A stretch of DNA of 64,000 bases from the NCBI GenBank assembly GCA_041184525.1, contig JBEGJP010000317.1:5093-69092 (forward strand). Reading direction: 5' to 3'. Origin of the DNA: Pseudomonadota bacterium (GTDB lineage Bacteria > Bdellovibrionota_B > Oligoflexia > Silvanigrellales > Silvanigrellaceae). Positions within the stretch are counted from its first letter, which is position 1. Each line of letters starts with the position of its first letter. Of this stretch, positions 46,128-54,566 are shown one piece after another. The notes under the pieces are model-generated. The model ran no database searches and was not told the DNA's origin. It worked only from the letters and a program-made list of their open reading frames with translations. The translations under genes and the position numbers were made by a program.

Positions 46128-47168
46128 TCAGTGACCTGAAGGCTTGTTCAGCAGGTCAGGGCGGCCGCCTTCGCCTTCGGGCGTGATCCGTGTTTCTCCC
46201 TCGCCGAAGTCGCAATACGCCACGTTCCTGCCGTTGGCCTTGGCGGCGTAGAGGCATTTGTCTGCACGCGCCACAACGTTTTCACGAGTTTCATTCAGGC
46301 CGTTGAACATGCTCACGCCAACGGAAGAGCTCACAGGGAGGCGTTGTCCTTCAAAGATGAACTCGTGTTCCTCAATCGCGACTCGGAATTTCTCTGCTGC
46401 TTGACAGCAGCCGTCCCGCGTCGTTCCGAAAACCACAATGAGAAGTTCTTCTCCTCCATAGCGGCCGACGATGTCCGTCTTGCGCGATACGCTCCGCAGA
46501 ATTTTTGCTGTTTCCACGAGAACAAAGTCACCGGCCTGATGTCCGTAGCCATCATTGATGCTCTTGAATTTATCGAGGTCGAACATCAAAATTCCGATCG
46601 CAGGTTCCTGATTGAGATCTCGCAATTTGTTGAGAGCCTGATCCACCTGCTCCTCAAAATAGCGTCTGAGGAAGAGTCCTGTCAGCGGGTCTGTCACGCT
46701 CTGGATTGATTTTTCTTTGTACTTGCCTTGCAGTGCGGTCTCAGCGGTCACGTCGCGGAGCACGATGCACGCACCGAGAAATTCCCCTTGCGAACCAAAA
46801 AACGGGTAGCTGCCAAGAATGAGCTGATACCGAGACTGGCCGTTGTTTCGAGTCGCTTGGATTTCGTCGATCCGAAGGGGGGCCGTTGCTCTTACAATCT
46901 CATCCAGCGCGCTGCCATGCCCGTTGGGGCTCGGCATTTCTGCAAGCTCGTCCAAAGTGTTCAATCTTTTCACGTCGATGGCTTTGATACCAAACGCGGC
47001 GCAGAGACCCTGATTGAATTTAAGGATTTTCCGCTGTGAATTGATGAGGACGAAACCATCGAGAAATATTCTCGTAAAATCGCGATAAACTTCAAACTTC
47101 GCGAGAAGCTCAGCGTCTTTGCGTTCTTGTTCGGTGATATCCCTAATTGGGACTGCCACTGCTGACAT
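46128..47168 (-). CDS. PAS-domain diguanylate cyclase (GGDEF; active-site variant GGEEL with an RxxD I-site)
   Basis: The core is FDLDKFKSINDGYGHQAGD ... RKTDIVGRYGGEELLIVVFG. The N-terminal PAS-like segment ends in ACIVLRDVTAE. Confidence 0.85.
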   Translation of the reverse strand: MSAVAVPIRDITEQERKDAELLAKFEVYRDFTRIFLDGFVLINSQRKILKFNQGLCAAFGIKAIDVKRLNTLDELAEMPSPNGHGSALDEIVRATAPLRIDEIQATRNNGQSRYQLILGSYPFFGSQGEFLGACIVLRDVTAETALQGKYKEKSIQSVTDPLTGLFLRRYFEEQVDQALNKLRDLNQEPAIGILMFDLDKFKSINDGYGHQAGDFVLVETAKILRSVSRKTDIVGRYGGEELLIVVFGTTRDGCCQAAEKFRVAIEEHEFIFEGQRLPVSSSVGVSMFNGLNETRENVVARADKCLYAAKANGRNVAYCDFGEGETRITPEGEGGRPDLLNKPSGH

Positions 47169-47279
47169 TGAACCTGCCTCCCCTCACTTGCAGCAGAGGC
47201 TTCGGCTCATCCGTCTTAGAACTTGAGTCACATTGTCGACGCTGCTGGGATTCAGGGCAGGCGGGGCAGGGGCTAATTC

Positions 47280-47753
47280 TTAACGCATTAAAAAGGCGAA
47301 GTATTCTTCTTCCAGCTCTTCCGTTTCCATCGGGCTGCCGGTGTCAGGGCAGTTGGGAGGAGTGGGGATGGTCTGGGGTTGGAGGTCTTTGGTTTCTATC
47401 AAAACACGATGGGTTTTGTTTGTGCTCGGAGACACATAGTTCACGTAAAAACTCAGGATGGAGGCCCTGCCGAGAAAGCTCGGAATCATGTTGATCTGCA
47501 TGATGATGTCAGGAATGCATTCGGCAAAATAGACAACGCGGCCGGGAACATTCTCAACGGTTCGCAAAAAAGTCACCCAAGCACGAACGCCCAATGAGTT
47601 GACTGTTTTGACGTTTTTGAAATTGAAAATGACCATGGTTGCGTTTTCAAGGTTTTGAGCGACATCCTTGAGTGGGATTTCGGCATCTTCATTGATGACG
47701 CCTGAAAGCGTGACCCAGTGTGCACCATTGTATTCTTGAACATGGCATTCCAA
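47280..47753 (-). CDS. STAS-domain (anti-sigma-antagonist-like) protein with a C-terminal extension
   Basis: HWVTLSGVINEDAEIPL...MVIFNFKNVKTVNSLGVRAWVTFL...VVYFAECIPDIIMQINM resembles SpoIIAA/RsbV. The TTG at 47753 lies 6 nt after GGGGGA. The track start 47981 runs antisense through the tRNA. Confidence 0.55.
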   Translation of the reverse strand: MECHVQEYNGAHWVTLSGVINEDAEIPLKDVAQNLENATMVIFNFKNVKTVNSLGVRAWVTFLRTVENVPGRVVYFAECIPDIIMQINMIPSFLGRASILSFYVNYVSPSTNKTHRVLIETKDLQPQTIPTPPNCPDTGSPMETEELEEEYFAFLMR

Positions 47754-47928
47754 GTTGATTCCCCCCAGCTTCTCCTGAAGTGCTCTCGCGTGAGAACACA
47801 GTCCGCCGTCCCTTGACAATCTCCAGTCTGCAATCGTACACCGAATCCGGTCAAGATGACTCGTCTCTAAGTTTACCCCGTTTGCCGGGCCGTACAACCC
47901 CAAGAGCCGTCTTCCTGACAGACTTTTG

Positions 47929-48015
47929 GCCCAGATGGCGGAATCGGTAGACGCAGTGGATTCAAAATCCACCGATCGCAAGGTCGTGAGAGTTCGAGTC
48001 TCTCTCTGGGCACCA
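47929..48015 (+). tRNA. tRNA-Leu (anticodon CAA), class II with a long variable arm and encoded CCA
   Basis: The cloverleaf was folded by hand. The acceptor pairs GCCCAGA with TCTGGGC. The anticodon arm is GTGGA-TTCAAAA-TCCAC. The variable arm is CGATC-GCAA-GGTCG. The T arm is GAGAG-TTCGAGT-CTCTC, followed by the discriminator A and CCA. Confidence 0.95.
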
Positions 48016-48142
48016 CCTCACTTTAAAAAACTTCAGCACAATTTTATTTTGGCGGTGCCGTCGCGAACGCAGCGAATGACTCACGTTGTTCTTGGCCACG
48101 GGGACGGGAATTCAGAGTGAGGGAACCTCGGGCCTTTGCGCG

Positions 48143-48886
48143 TCATTGAAATGCGGCGGCAATGACCGTCACGTTGTCCCGTCCCCCGTGGTCGAGGGCT
48201 TTTTTCAGAAGCTTTTCAACACAAACTTGTGCACCCGCGGCGGGGCATTCTGATAAAATTGTTTCTATTTCAGCCGACTCGACCTCTCTCGTCAGACCAT
48301 CAGAACACAAAAGCCAAATATCCCCTGTGCGGATCTCGACTTCCATGACATCCGGCGGGCAGATCTTTTTAGCTAAAACACAGCGCGACAAATACGCAGC
48401 ACCGGGGCTTCTGGCGGCCTGTGTTCTGCTTGCGCCGCGTTTTCTCAATTCGCTCTCAATGACCTGATCCAACGTCATTTGAAACAACTGACTGTCGCGC
48501 ATGAGGTAAATGCGGCTGTCACCGAGGCTCATGAGAATCACCTTGGAGCCTGAGCGCACCCAGACGAGGAGGGTGGTTCCAAGGTCCTTTTGATGCTCAT
48601 GGGTGTCTACCCAAGTGCTGAGTGCATCGACTGCCGAGTTGACGCAGTCATCCGCAAGCTCTTCTGCAGGAGGAAGATCATTCCAGTCGAGCGATTCCAA
48701 GTGCTGCTGCACAGCTGAGACTGTCAACAGGCTGGCCACTTCTCCTCCCGCATGGCCTCCCATGCCATCAGCGAGAATCAAAAAGCGGCCCGAGGGATCG
48801 AGATAGAAGTTGTCCTGATTTTGAGCACGAACACGGCCAGTGTGGGTGATTCCCGCCCAACTCAAGGTGCCAGTGGAAGTTGACAT
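48143..48886 (-). CDS. PP2C-family Ser/Thr protein phosphatase
   Basis: The motifs are MSTSTGTLSWAGITHTGRVRAQNQD, LADGMGGHAGGE, LCSDGL and GGRDNVT. The start was taken as the Met 247 codons upstream of the stop. The rest of the 913-aa track ORF is antisense to valS. Confidence 0.88.
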   Translation of the reverse strand: MSTSTGTLSWAGITHTGRVRAQNQDNFYLDPSGRFLILADGMGGHAGGEVASLLTVSAVQQHLESLDWNDLPPAEELADDCVNSAVDALSTWVDTHEHQKDLGTTLLVWVRSGSKVILMSLGDSRIYLMRDSQLFQMTLDQVIESELRKRGASRTQAARSPGAAYLSRCVLAKKICPPDVMEVEIRTGDIWLLCSDGLTREVESAEIETILSECPAAGAQVCVEKLLKKALDHGGRDNVTVIAAAFQ

Positions 48887-48916
48887 GAGATCGTTCCAAT
48901 TCCGTCGATTGTCGCA

Positions 48917-51655
48917 GTGTTGACACAATGGTACACAGTCTGGGTGCAAAACCAAAAGAACGTGGGGGACGCTGTGGCCCGTCGGGATGCCTTTGACAAA
49001 CCATTTGAACCAGGACAAATCGAAAACCAATTGCGCGAATATTGGGAGAACCACAAATTCTACCGTGCCAAGCGCGAAGACGGCAAAATCCCCTATACGA
49101 TTGTCATGCCGCCCCCCAATGTGACGGGCGATCTCACGATGGGACACGTCCTGAACAACACCCAGCAGGATATTCTCATCCGCAGGAATCGGTCGAACGG
49201 AAAATCCGCCTGTTGGATTCCGGGAACCGACCACGCCAGCATCGCGACTGAAGCCAAGGTCACAAAAATGCTTGCCGATCAGGGCATCAACAAACGCGAC
49301 ATCGGCCGCGAAGAGTTTTTGAAACACGCTTGGGAATGGAAGGAAAAGTACGGAGGTCGCATTGTTTCGCTGCTCAAAACTCTCGGAGTGAGTTGCGACT
49401 GGGACCGTGAAGTTTTCACCATGGGCCCCGAGTATTCGCGTGCCGTCATCAAGGCCATTGTCCGCTTGTACAAAGAGGGTCTTGTTTACCGCGGTTTTCG
49501 CTTGGTGAACTGGTGCCCTGTGAGCCAGTCGGTGATTTCGGATGAAGAGGTCAATCCGGAAGAGCGTCAAGGGAATCTTTGGCACATCCGTTATCCGGTG
49601 GAAGGTGCTCCGGGGACTCATCTCATAGTCGCAACGACCCGCCCTGAAACTCTCTTTGGTGATTTGGCTGTCGCTGTGCACCCTGACGACGAGCGTTATG
49701 CCGGCCTGATTGGCAAGAGAGTCATTGTTCCGATTTGCAACCGCGCCATTCCGGTGATCGCCGACACCTATGTGGAAAAAGAATTCGGAACCGGCGTTGT
49801 TAAAATCACTCCTGCACATGACATGAACGACTTTGCTGTCGGTGAACGTCACAAGTTGGGCTTGTTGAACGTGATGAATCCGGATGCCACGCTCAACGAC
49901 AAGGTGCCGTCGGCATATCAAGGTCTGGACCGGTTTGTTGCACGTAAAAAACTGGTGGCTCAGCTGGAGGCAGAGGGGCTGCTGGAGAAAACTGTCCCGC
50001 ATAAGATGGTCGTCGGCATTTCCGAGCGCGGTGGAGTACCCATCGAGTACTATCTCAGCGAACAGTGGTACATCAAAATGGACGGGCTTGCTGAAATGGC
50101 CTTGTCTGCAACCCGCAACGGCAAATTGAAGCTGCACCCGCCCCACATGGAAAAAATCTGGGAGTATTGGCTCACAAACATCAAAGACTGGTGCATTTCC
50201 AGACAGCTTTGGTGGGGGCACCAGATGCCCATGTACACATGCGCTTCCTGCGGGCATGTGCATTGTGAAGAAGAGAAGCCGCACAAATGTGAAAAGTGCG
50301 GGCACGGCGCGCTGGTTCAGGATTCCGATTGTTTGGACACATGGGCCAGCAGTTGGTTGTGGCCTTTCGGCGTGCACAATTGGGCGAATCCGAATGCGGA
50401 GCAACAAAAAGATCTCGAGTATTTCTATCCGACGGACATCATCGTCACCGGACCGGATATCATTTTCTTCTGGATTGCCCGCATGATCATGGCGGGAGAA
50501 TATTTCACCAAAACGACAGCGTTCAAAGACGTCTATTTCACTCCCATCATCCGTGACTCCAAAGGCCGCAAAATGAGCAAGTCGTTGGGCAACAGCCCCG
50601 ACGTTCACGCACTGATTGCCAAATACGGCACCGACGCACTGCGTTTCAGTGTCATCAATCAGGTCGTATTGGGGCAGGATATTTATTGGTCTGATGATGC
50701 CTGTGATTTGGGGAAAACTTTTGCCAACAAGATTTGGAATGCGACGCGCTTTCTCCTCATGAATGCTGAAAAATTTGGTGTTGTGGCATCTGAAGTGCGG
50801 TTCGATGACCTCAAGGCGCGCCCGCAGGACACTCTTCTGGGCTGGATGACGTCGGAATTCTTTGATGTTGTTCAAAGAGCGCACGATGCCATCGGCCGCT
50901 TGGAATTCGCCGGTTACACCTCGGCACTTTATGAGTTTGTCTGGATGGTTTACTGCGACTGGTTTGTTGAGCTCTGCAAGCCTCGTTTTGCCGACCCAAG
51001 CACCATGTCAGCCGCCGAGAGAAAGCTGTCTCAGGACACCATCACGACGGCCCTCCAAGTGCTCGATGGTATTCTGCGCTTGCTGCATCCGGTGATGCCC
51101 TTTGTGACGGAGCAAATTTGGCAGAACATCGGCGAGCATGAGGGCAAAACTCTCGGCCAATCGCCGATGCCCCAGCCGCGCCCTGATATGATTGATGCTT
51201 CGGCTATTGCGGCCATGCGTGAAGTCCAATCGGTGGTTTCTGCAGTCCGCACAGTCCGTGGTCAATTTGCCGTACATCCGGGTGCCGATATGAAAGTCAC
51301 CATCCATGCAGCCAAAGAAAAGTTTGGCCTGATGGTGCCTCAAATGGAGTTCTTGGCTCGCGCTGCCATGACATTTTCCTCGCAGCGGCCTGCGCTCTGC
51401 GGAACTGCCATGGCCGGCGGCATCGAGGTTTTTGTCGACCTTGCCGGTTTCGTCGATCCTTCCGCAGAGCGGGATCGACTCGAGAAGAAAATCCAGAAGG
51501 TCGAACAAACGCTTGAGGGTGTCCGCAAGCGCCTTGGAAACGAAGAGTTTGTGAAATCGGCGCCCGAGAAAATTGTTCAAGGAGCGCGTGAGCAACTCGC
51601 GGCGAATGAAAAAGAGCTGGCCGTTTTGCGTGACAGTCTCAAAGCTCTCACTTGA
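48917..51655 (+). CDS. valS: Valine--tRNA ligase
   Basis: The HIGH-type motif (PPPNVTGDLTMGH), KMSKS and a C-terminal coiled coil are present. The start is ambiguous among in-frame GTGs at 48917, 48962 and 48974. Confidence 0.95.
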   Translation: MLTQWYTVWVQNQKNVGDAVARRDAFDKPFEPGQIENQLREYWENHKFYRAKREDGKIPYTIVMPPPNVTGDLTMGHVLNNTQQDILIRRNRSNGKSACWIPGTDHASIATEAKVTKMLADQGINKRDIGREEFLKHAWEWKEKYGGRIVSLLKTLGVSCDWDREVFTMGPEYSRAVIKAIVRLYKEGLVYRGFRLVNWCPVSQSVISDEEVNPEERQGNLWHIRYPVEGAPGTHLIVATTRPETLFGDLAVAVHPDDERYAGLIGKRVIVPICNRAIPVIADTYVEKEFGTGVVKITPAHDMNDFAVGERHKLGLLNVMNPDATLNDKVPSAYQGLDRFVARKKLVAQLEAEGLLEKTVPHKMVVGISERGGVPIEYYLSEQWYIKMDGLAEMALSATRNGKLKLHPPHMEKIWEYWLTNIKDWCISRQLWWGHQMPMYTCASCGHVHCEEEKPHKCEKCGHGALVQDSDCLDTWASSWLWPFGVHNWANPNAEQQKDLEYFYPTDIIVTGPDIIFFWIARMIMAGEYFTKTTAFKDVYFTPIIRDSKGRKMSKSLGNSPDVHALIAKYGTDALRFSVINQVVLGQDIYWSDDACDLGKTFANKIWNATRFLLMNAEKFGVVASEVRFDDLKARPQDTLLGWMTSEFFDVVQRAHDAIGRLEFAGYTSALYEFVWMVYCDWFVELCKPRFADPSTMSAAERKLSQDTITTALQVLDGILRLLHPVMPFVTEQIWQNIGEHEGKTLGQSPMPQPRPDMIDASAIAAMREVQSVVSAVRTVRGQFAVHPGADMKVTIHAAKEKFGLMVPQMEFLARAAMTFSSQRPALCGTAMAGGIEVFVDLAGFVDPSAERDRLEKKIQKVEQTLEGVRKRLGNEEFVKSAPEKIVQGAREQLAANEKELAVLRDSLKALT

Positions 51656-51676
51656 GAGCAGGGAGTTTGAGAGCTC

Positions 51677-52216
51677 ATGAAGCACTTGTTTTGGCTGGAT
51701 ATGGAAATGACTGGGCTTGAGCCCCAGCAGCATAAAGTTCTTGAGGTGGCAGTGATTGTCACCGACTGGAATTTTCAATCACTGAAGCGTTTTTCGACGG
51801 CAGTTTTTCAGCCGGATGAAGAATTGAAAAAGATGGACGACTGGTGTGTCAAAACTCATGGTGCGAGCGGGCTTCTGAAGCGGGTGCCTGAGGGTCTCAA
51901 GGAGAATGAGCTCGACCTTGCTTTGGTCGATATTGTCAAAGAATTCTATCCTTCGGATGAGAAAGTCGTTCTTTGCGGCAATTCCATCGGACAGGATCGC
52001 AAATTCGTCGACAGGTATTTACCGCAATTCGCGGCTCGCCTGCACTACAGGATGCTCGATGTGTCCTCTTTCAAAGTTGTTTTCGAGAATGCCTTCCAGC
52101 AAAAGTTCAAGAAACAAAACAAACATGAAGCATTGGAAGATATTGAAGAGTCCATCGCTGAATTGAAACATTATTTGTCTTTTCTCGATATGAGCAAATT
52201 GGGCAGGACACCATGA
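51677..52216 (+). CDS. orn: Oligoribonuclease
   Basis: The DEDDh exonuclease motifs are WLDMEMTGL, GNSIGQDRKF and HEALEDIEESI. Length is 179 aa. Confidence 0.9.
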   Translation: MKHLFWLDMEMTGLEPQQHKVLEVAVIVTDWNFQSLKRFSTAVFQPDEELKKMDDWCVKTHGASGLLKRVPEGLKENELDLALVDIVKEFYPSDEKVVLCGNSIGQDRKFVDRYLPQFAARLHYRMLDVSSFKVVFENAFQQKFKKQNKHEALEDIEESIAELKHYLSFLDMSKLGRTP

Positions 52217-52980
52217 ACACGAAAGCGCCGAACCTCGTTGAGCTTTGGGATGCGCCGCAGTCCGACGAACCTCGAATTCAAACGGCCAAATTGGTGCGGA
52301 AGCTGGTGCGTGCGGCCACTCATGAGGAAGCGCAGGCCAAGCTGGCACAATTGGATGTCTTGGATCTTTCGCAAGATCCATGGATGAAGAGGAATTGGCC
52401 GCTTGATGTGTCCGTGCTGCAGCTTCTGCCGATAGTGCGGGGGCTGAAGCTCAACAGCAGCAAAATCGTGAGCCTTGAGCCGTTGCGGAACCTGAGCCAC
52501 TTGCGTGTGTTGCACGCAGACGAACTCGAATTGGGCGACATTTCTTGGCTCTCGTCGCTGCCTGAATTGGAAATTGTGTCGTTGCGTCGCAACAACATTC
52601 GCTCGATAGAAGTTCTCTCTTCTCTTCAGGGGCTGCGGGAAGTCAATATTGCTGAAAACAGCGTGACAACACTCCTCCCCCTCGCTTCTCTCGAAAAGCT
52701 CCGCCTGATTGATGCTTCACAGAACATGATTTCTGATCTCGGTCCGATTTCCAAGCGTCGGAGTTTGCGTGTGCTGCGCTTGCGCCGCAATGCCCTGTCG
52801 TCCCTTGAAGGCTTGGAAGACCTCAGAGACCTCGATGAACTTGATGTGCGTGAGAACAGAATTCTCTCGTTGCGTCCTATCAAAGAGCTCTCCATGCTGA
52901 GCAGCTTGGGGATCGCCGGCAATCCTCTCACCGATGATGACGTCGATGTCGTGCGGCGCTCCATTCGCCTGCTGTCTTGA
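52213..52980 (+). CDS. Leucine-rich-repeat protein (about 7 repeats of ~22 aa)
   Basis: LxxLxLxxNxI-type repeats are present (LEIVSLRRNNIRSIEVLSSLQGLREVNIAENSVTTL...). The ATG overlaps the orn stop (ATGA). No signal peptide was seen. Confidence 0.75.
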   Translation: MNTKAPNLVELWDAPQSDEPRIQTAKLVRKLVRAATHEEAQAKLAQLDVLDLSQDPWMKRNWPLDVSVLQLLPIVRGLKLNSSKIVSLEPLRNLSHLRVLHADELELGDISWLSSLPELEIVSLRRNNIRSIEVLSSLQGLREVNIAENSVTTLLPLASLEKLRLIDASQNMISDLGPISKRRSLRVLRLRRNALSSLEGLEDLRDLDELDVRENRILSLRPIKELSMLSSLGIAGNPLTDDDVDVVRRSIRLLS

Positions 52981-53042
52981 ACACGTGCGTCTCAACTCTT
53001 TATTTGCCGTGCTGGCGTTTTCGAGAAAGAAGGCAGCGTCAG

Positions 53043-54014
53043 TCAGGTGAGACGTTTGCGGGGTTGAATGAGAATTCGATCTGCTTCAAGTGGTGCAACT
53101 TCGCACAAGAAAAGCACGTCGTCGCAGGAAATGATTTGCTTTGCAGAATTGCCGGCAGCCTCGTCGCGTTTGGTTTTATTGCTCTCGTCTGGAAAGGCCT
53201 CTGTCAGCAGTTCACTTTTCTCGAGTCCAATGGGATTTCCGGAAATGAAGCGTTGTTTGTGACTGTCATCCAAGCGCGCGCGCGGCAGGTGAGGGGCCAC
53301 TGCCCATGGCGGCAGCAAGCGGGATTGAAGGATCGTCGCATCGGGGGCAACCATCTTGTTGTGGCCATCGAGCCCGAGGACAAGCGCGTCCTGCACGTGC
53401 CAAGGTTCAACGCACTCGCGGCGCAAACGTGTGCACGTTCCAACACTCCCCAAGGCTTTGGCAATGTCGCGGGCCAGAGAGCGGATGTAAGTCCCCTTCG
53501 AACACACGACTCTCAGCGTCAGAGCGTGCAAAGACCAATCGACAACTTCCATGCTGTGGATGGTCACTTCCCGCCGCTTTGTTTCAATGTCGGAAGGAAG
53601 TTTTCCCGTTGCTCGCATGTGTTCATAAAGCGGCATGCCGTTCATTTTCAGGGCTGAATAAACGGGAGGGACCTGCTGGATGCGGCCTCGGAAATCGTTC
53701 AATACGCCCTCGAGATCTTCGGCACTCAATGGTGAGGGCAGGGGCGCTTGCGCGATCTCTCGGCCGGTGGGATCGAGAGTGTCCGTTTCAGAGCCGAATC
53801 CGATCGTGAAAAGATATCCTTTTTTGCCATCCATCGCCTCGTCTGCAAGGCGTGCCGTATTGCCGATGAGAACAGGGAGCAGGCCTGAGGCAAAGGGATC
53901 GAGAGTGCCCAGATGTCCAGCCTTGTCGGTTTTGAGGGTGCGCTTGATGAGTGAAACGACGGTGTGACTTGTAGGACCTTCCGGCTTGTCGATGAGAAGG
54001 AGTGGCATTTTCAA
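53043..54014 (-). CDS. truB: tRNA pseudouridine(55) synthase
   Basis: The sequence LLIDKPEGPTSH ... GHLGTLDPFASGLLPV carries the catalytic Asp. It sits downstream of rbfA. Confidence 0.9.
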   Translation of the reverse strand: MKMPLLLIDKPEGPTSHTVVSLIKRTLKTDKAGHLGTLDPFASGLLPVLIGNTARLADEAMDGKKGYLFTIGFGSETDTLDPTGREIAQAPLPSPLSAEDLEGVLNDFRGRIQQVPPVYSALKMNGMPLYEHMRATGKLPSDIETKRREVTIHSMEVVDWSLHALTLRVVCSKGTYIRSLARDIAKALGSVGTCTRLRRECVEPWHVQDALVLGLDGHNKMVAPDATILQSRLLPPWAVAPHLPRARLDDSHKQRFISGNPIGLEKSELLTEAFPDESNKTKRDEAAGNSAKQIISCDDVLFLCEVAPLEADRILIQPRKRLT

Positions 54015-54086
54015 CTCAAAAAAGTGGGGTTGTGCTGCACCTGATGCGGCTCAAAAATAAGTCGGATCGGGGTGTCTTCAATCAGC

Positions 54087-54509
54087 TTAGGGAGTCGTGC
54101 TTTCTTTGGTCGAAGGTGCTGAGACGGCATCTGAACCATCGGCCTCTGCATCGGCCTGAGCATCTTCTCTTTTGACGGTTTCAATCAGCTCGGAAATGCG
54201 CGCAGCGCGCTCAATAGATTCATCAAAGTAAAAATGAATGACGGGTGTGAATCGCATTTTAAGAGCTTCGCCCAAGGAGCGGCGCACAAAACCACTGGCT
54301 TGTTTGAGTCCTTTGTCGACCGCAAGACGTTCTGCCGGAGTGCCCATTGCACTGTAATACACCTTGGCCAGTTGCAGGTCAGGTGACATGCGGACAGAGT
54401 TGATAGTGATATTTTTGAGGCGTGGGTCAGAGAGTTCGCCTTTGATGAGCATCATGGCAATGTGCTCGCGGATCTGTTCGCCCACTTGGAGCGTGCGTTT
54501 CGATGTCAC
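54087..54509 (-). CDS. rbfA: Ribosome-binding factor A
   Basis: The sequence is RTLQVGEQIREHIAMMLIKGELSDPRLKNITINSVRMSPDLQLAKVYYS. It sits between infB and truB. Confidence 0.88.
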   Translation of the reverse strand: MTSKRTLQVGEQIREHIAMMLIKGELSDPRLKNITINSVRMSPDLQLAKVYYSAMGTPAERLAVDKGLKQASGFVRRSLGEALKMRFTPVIHFYFDESIERAARISELIETVKREDAQADAEADGSDAVSAPSTKESTTP

Positions 54510-54566
54510 AAAAGACTCCGGTCAAGACTTGAACACCGGGCTCGAGGGCCCGGTGTTGAGATGTTT

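Noticed and set aside
47754-47981. The N-terminal 76 codons of track ORF 47280..47981.
   Set aside because: This stretch overlaps tRNA-Leu (47929..48015) on the opposite strand and starts with a TTG inside the tRNA. An internal TTG at 47753 with a GGGGGA RBS begins the STAS-like domain.
48887-50884. The upstream 666 codons of the 913-aa minus-strand track ORF (48143..50884), lying antisense to valS and in frame with the PP2C gene.
   Set aside because: This frame is codon-aligned with valS on the other strand, so it stays open wherever valS avoids the codons TTA, CTA and TCA. The translation is Arg/His/Val-rich nonsense with no domain signatures, whereas the plus strand encodes an unmistakable ValRS. 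The real PP2C starts at the Met at 48886. The resemblance to the Rodin-Ohno sense/antisense synthetase idea is noted, but codon bias is the simpler explanation.
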